Source of the DNA: Octopus vulgaris
Lineage: Eukaryota
Length of the DNA: 64,000 nt
Assembly: GCA_951406725.2 (NCBI GenBank)
Contig: OX597817.1
Location: 2,170,001-2,234,000 of the forward strand
Direction of reading: 5' to 3'
Shown: positions 63,916 to 64,000 of the stretch, in pieces
Layout: every line of letters begins with the position of its first letter
Position numbering within the stretch: position 1 is the first letter of the stretch
The notes under the pieces: generated by a model
The model's database searches: none
Told to the model about the DNA's origin: nothing
Seen by the model: only the letters and a program-made list of their open reading frames with translations
Translations under genes and position numbers: made by a program

Positions 63916-64000
63916 ACCTACCTACCTACCTACCTACCTACCTACCTACCTACCTACCTACCTACCTACCTACCTACCTACCTACCTACCTACCTACCTA
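63916..64000. repeat. (CCTA)n microsatellite running off the window
   Basis: Directly visible. Confidence 0.95.

Overview
AT-rich eukaryotic, repeat-saturated DNA (intergenic or intronic). The SINE families and the microsatellite density suggest a cephalopod such as Octopus; this is pattern recognition, not a database result. I found no convincing host protein-coding exon. The dominant feature is a near-perfect (TAA)n array of about 9.05 kb (15604-24655). It is bracketed directly on both sides by same-strand 3' fragments of R4/Dong-like restriction-like-endonuclease (RLE) retrotransposons. A second RLE family sits in or next to (CATA)n tracts at several places. Also present: three same-orientation copies of a young, GC-rich CR1/L2-group LINE with a (TAAC)n tail, whose ORF2 has no AUG before the endonuclease domain and overlaps ORF1 in the -1 frame behind in-phase slippery heptamers; a decayed L1/Tx1 element with an (ACT)n tail; several Penelope-like (GIY-YIG) fragments, three with minimal hammerhead-ribozyme-like motifs; Tc1/mariner relics and MITEs; non-autonomous Helitrons; many tRNA-derived SINEs; and several local inverted and direct duplications. 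Boundaries of decayed elements are approximate and were read by eye.
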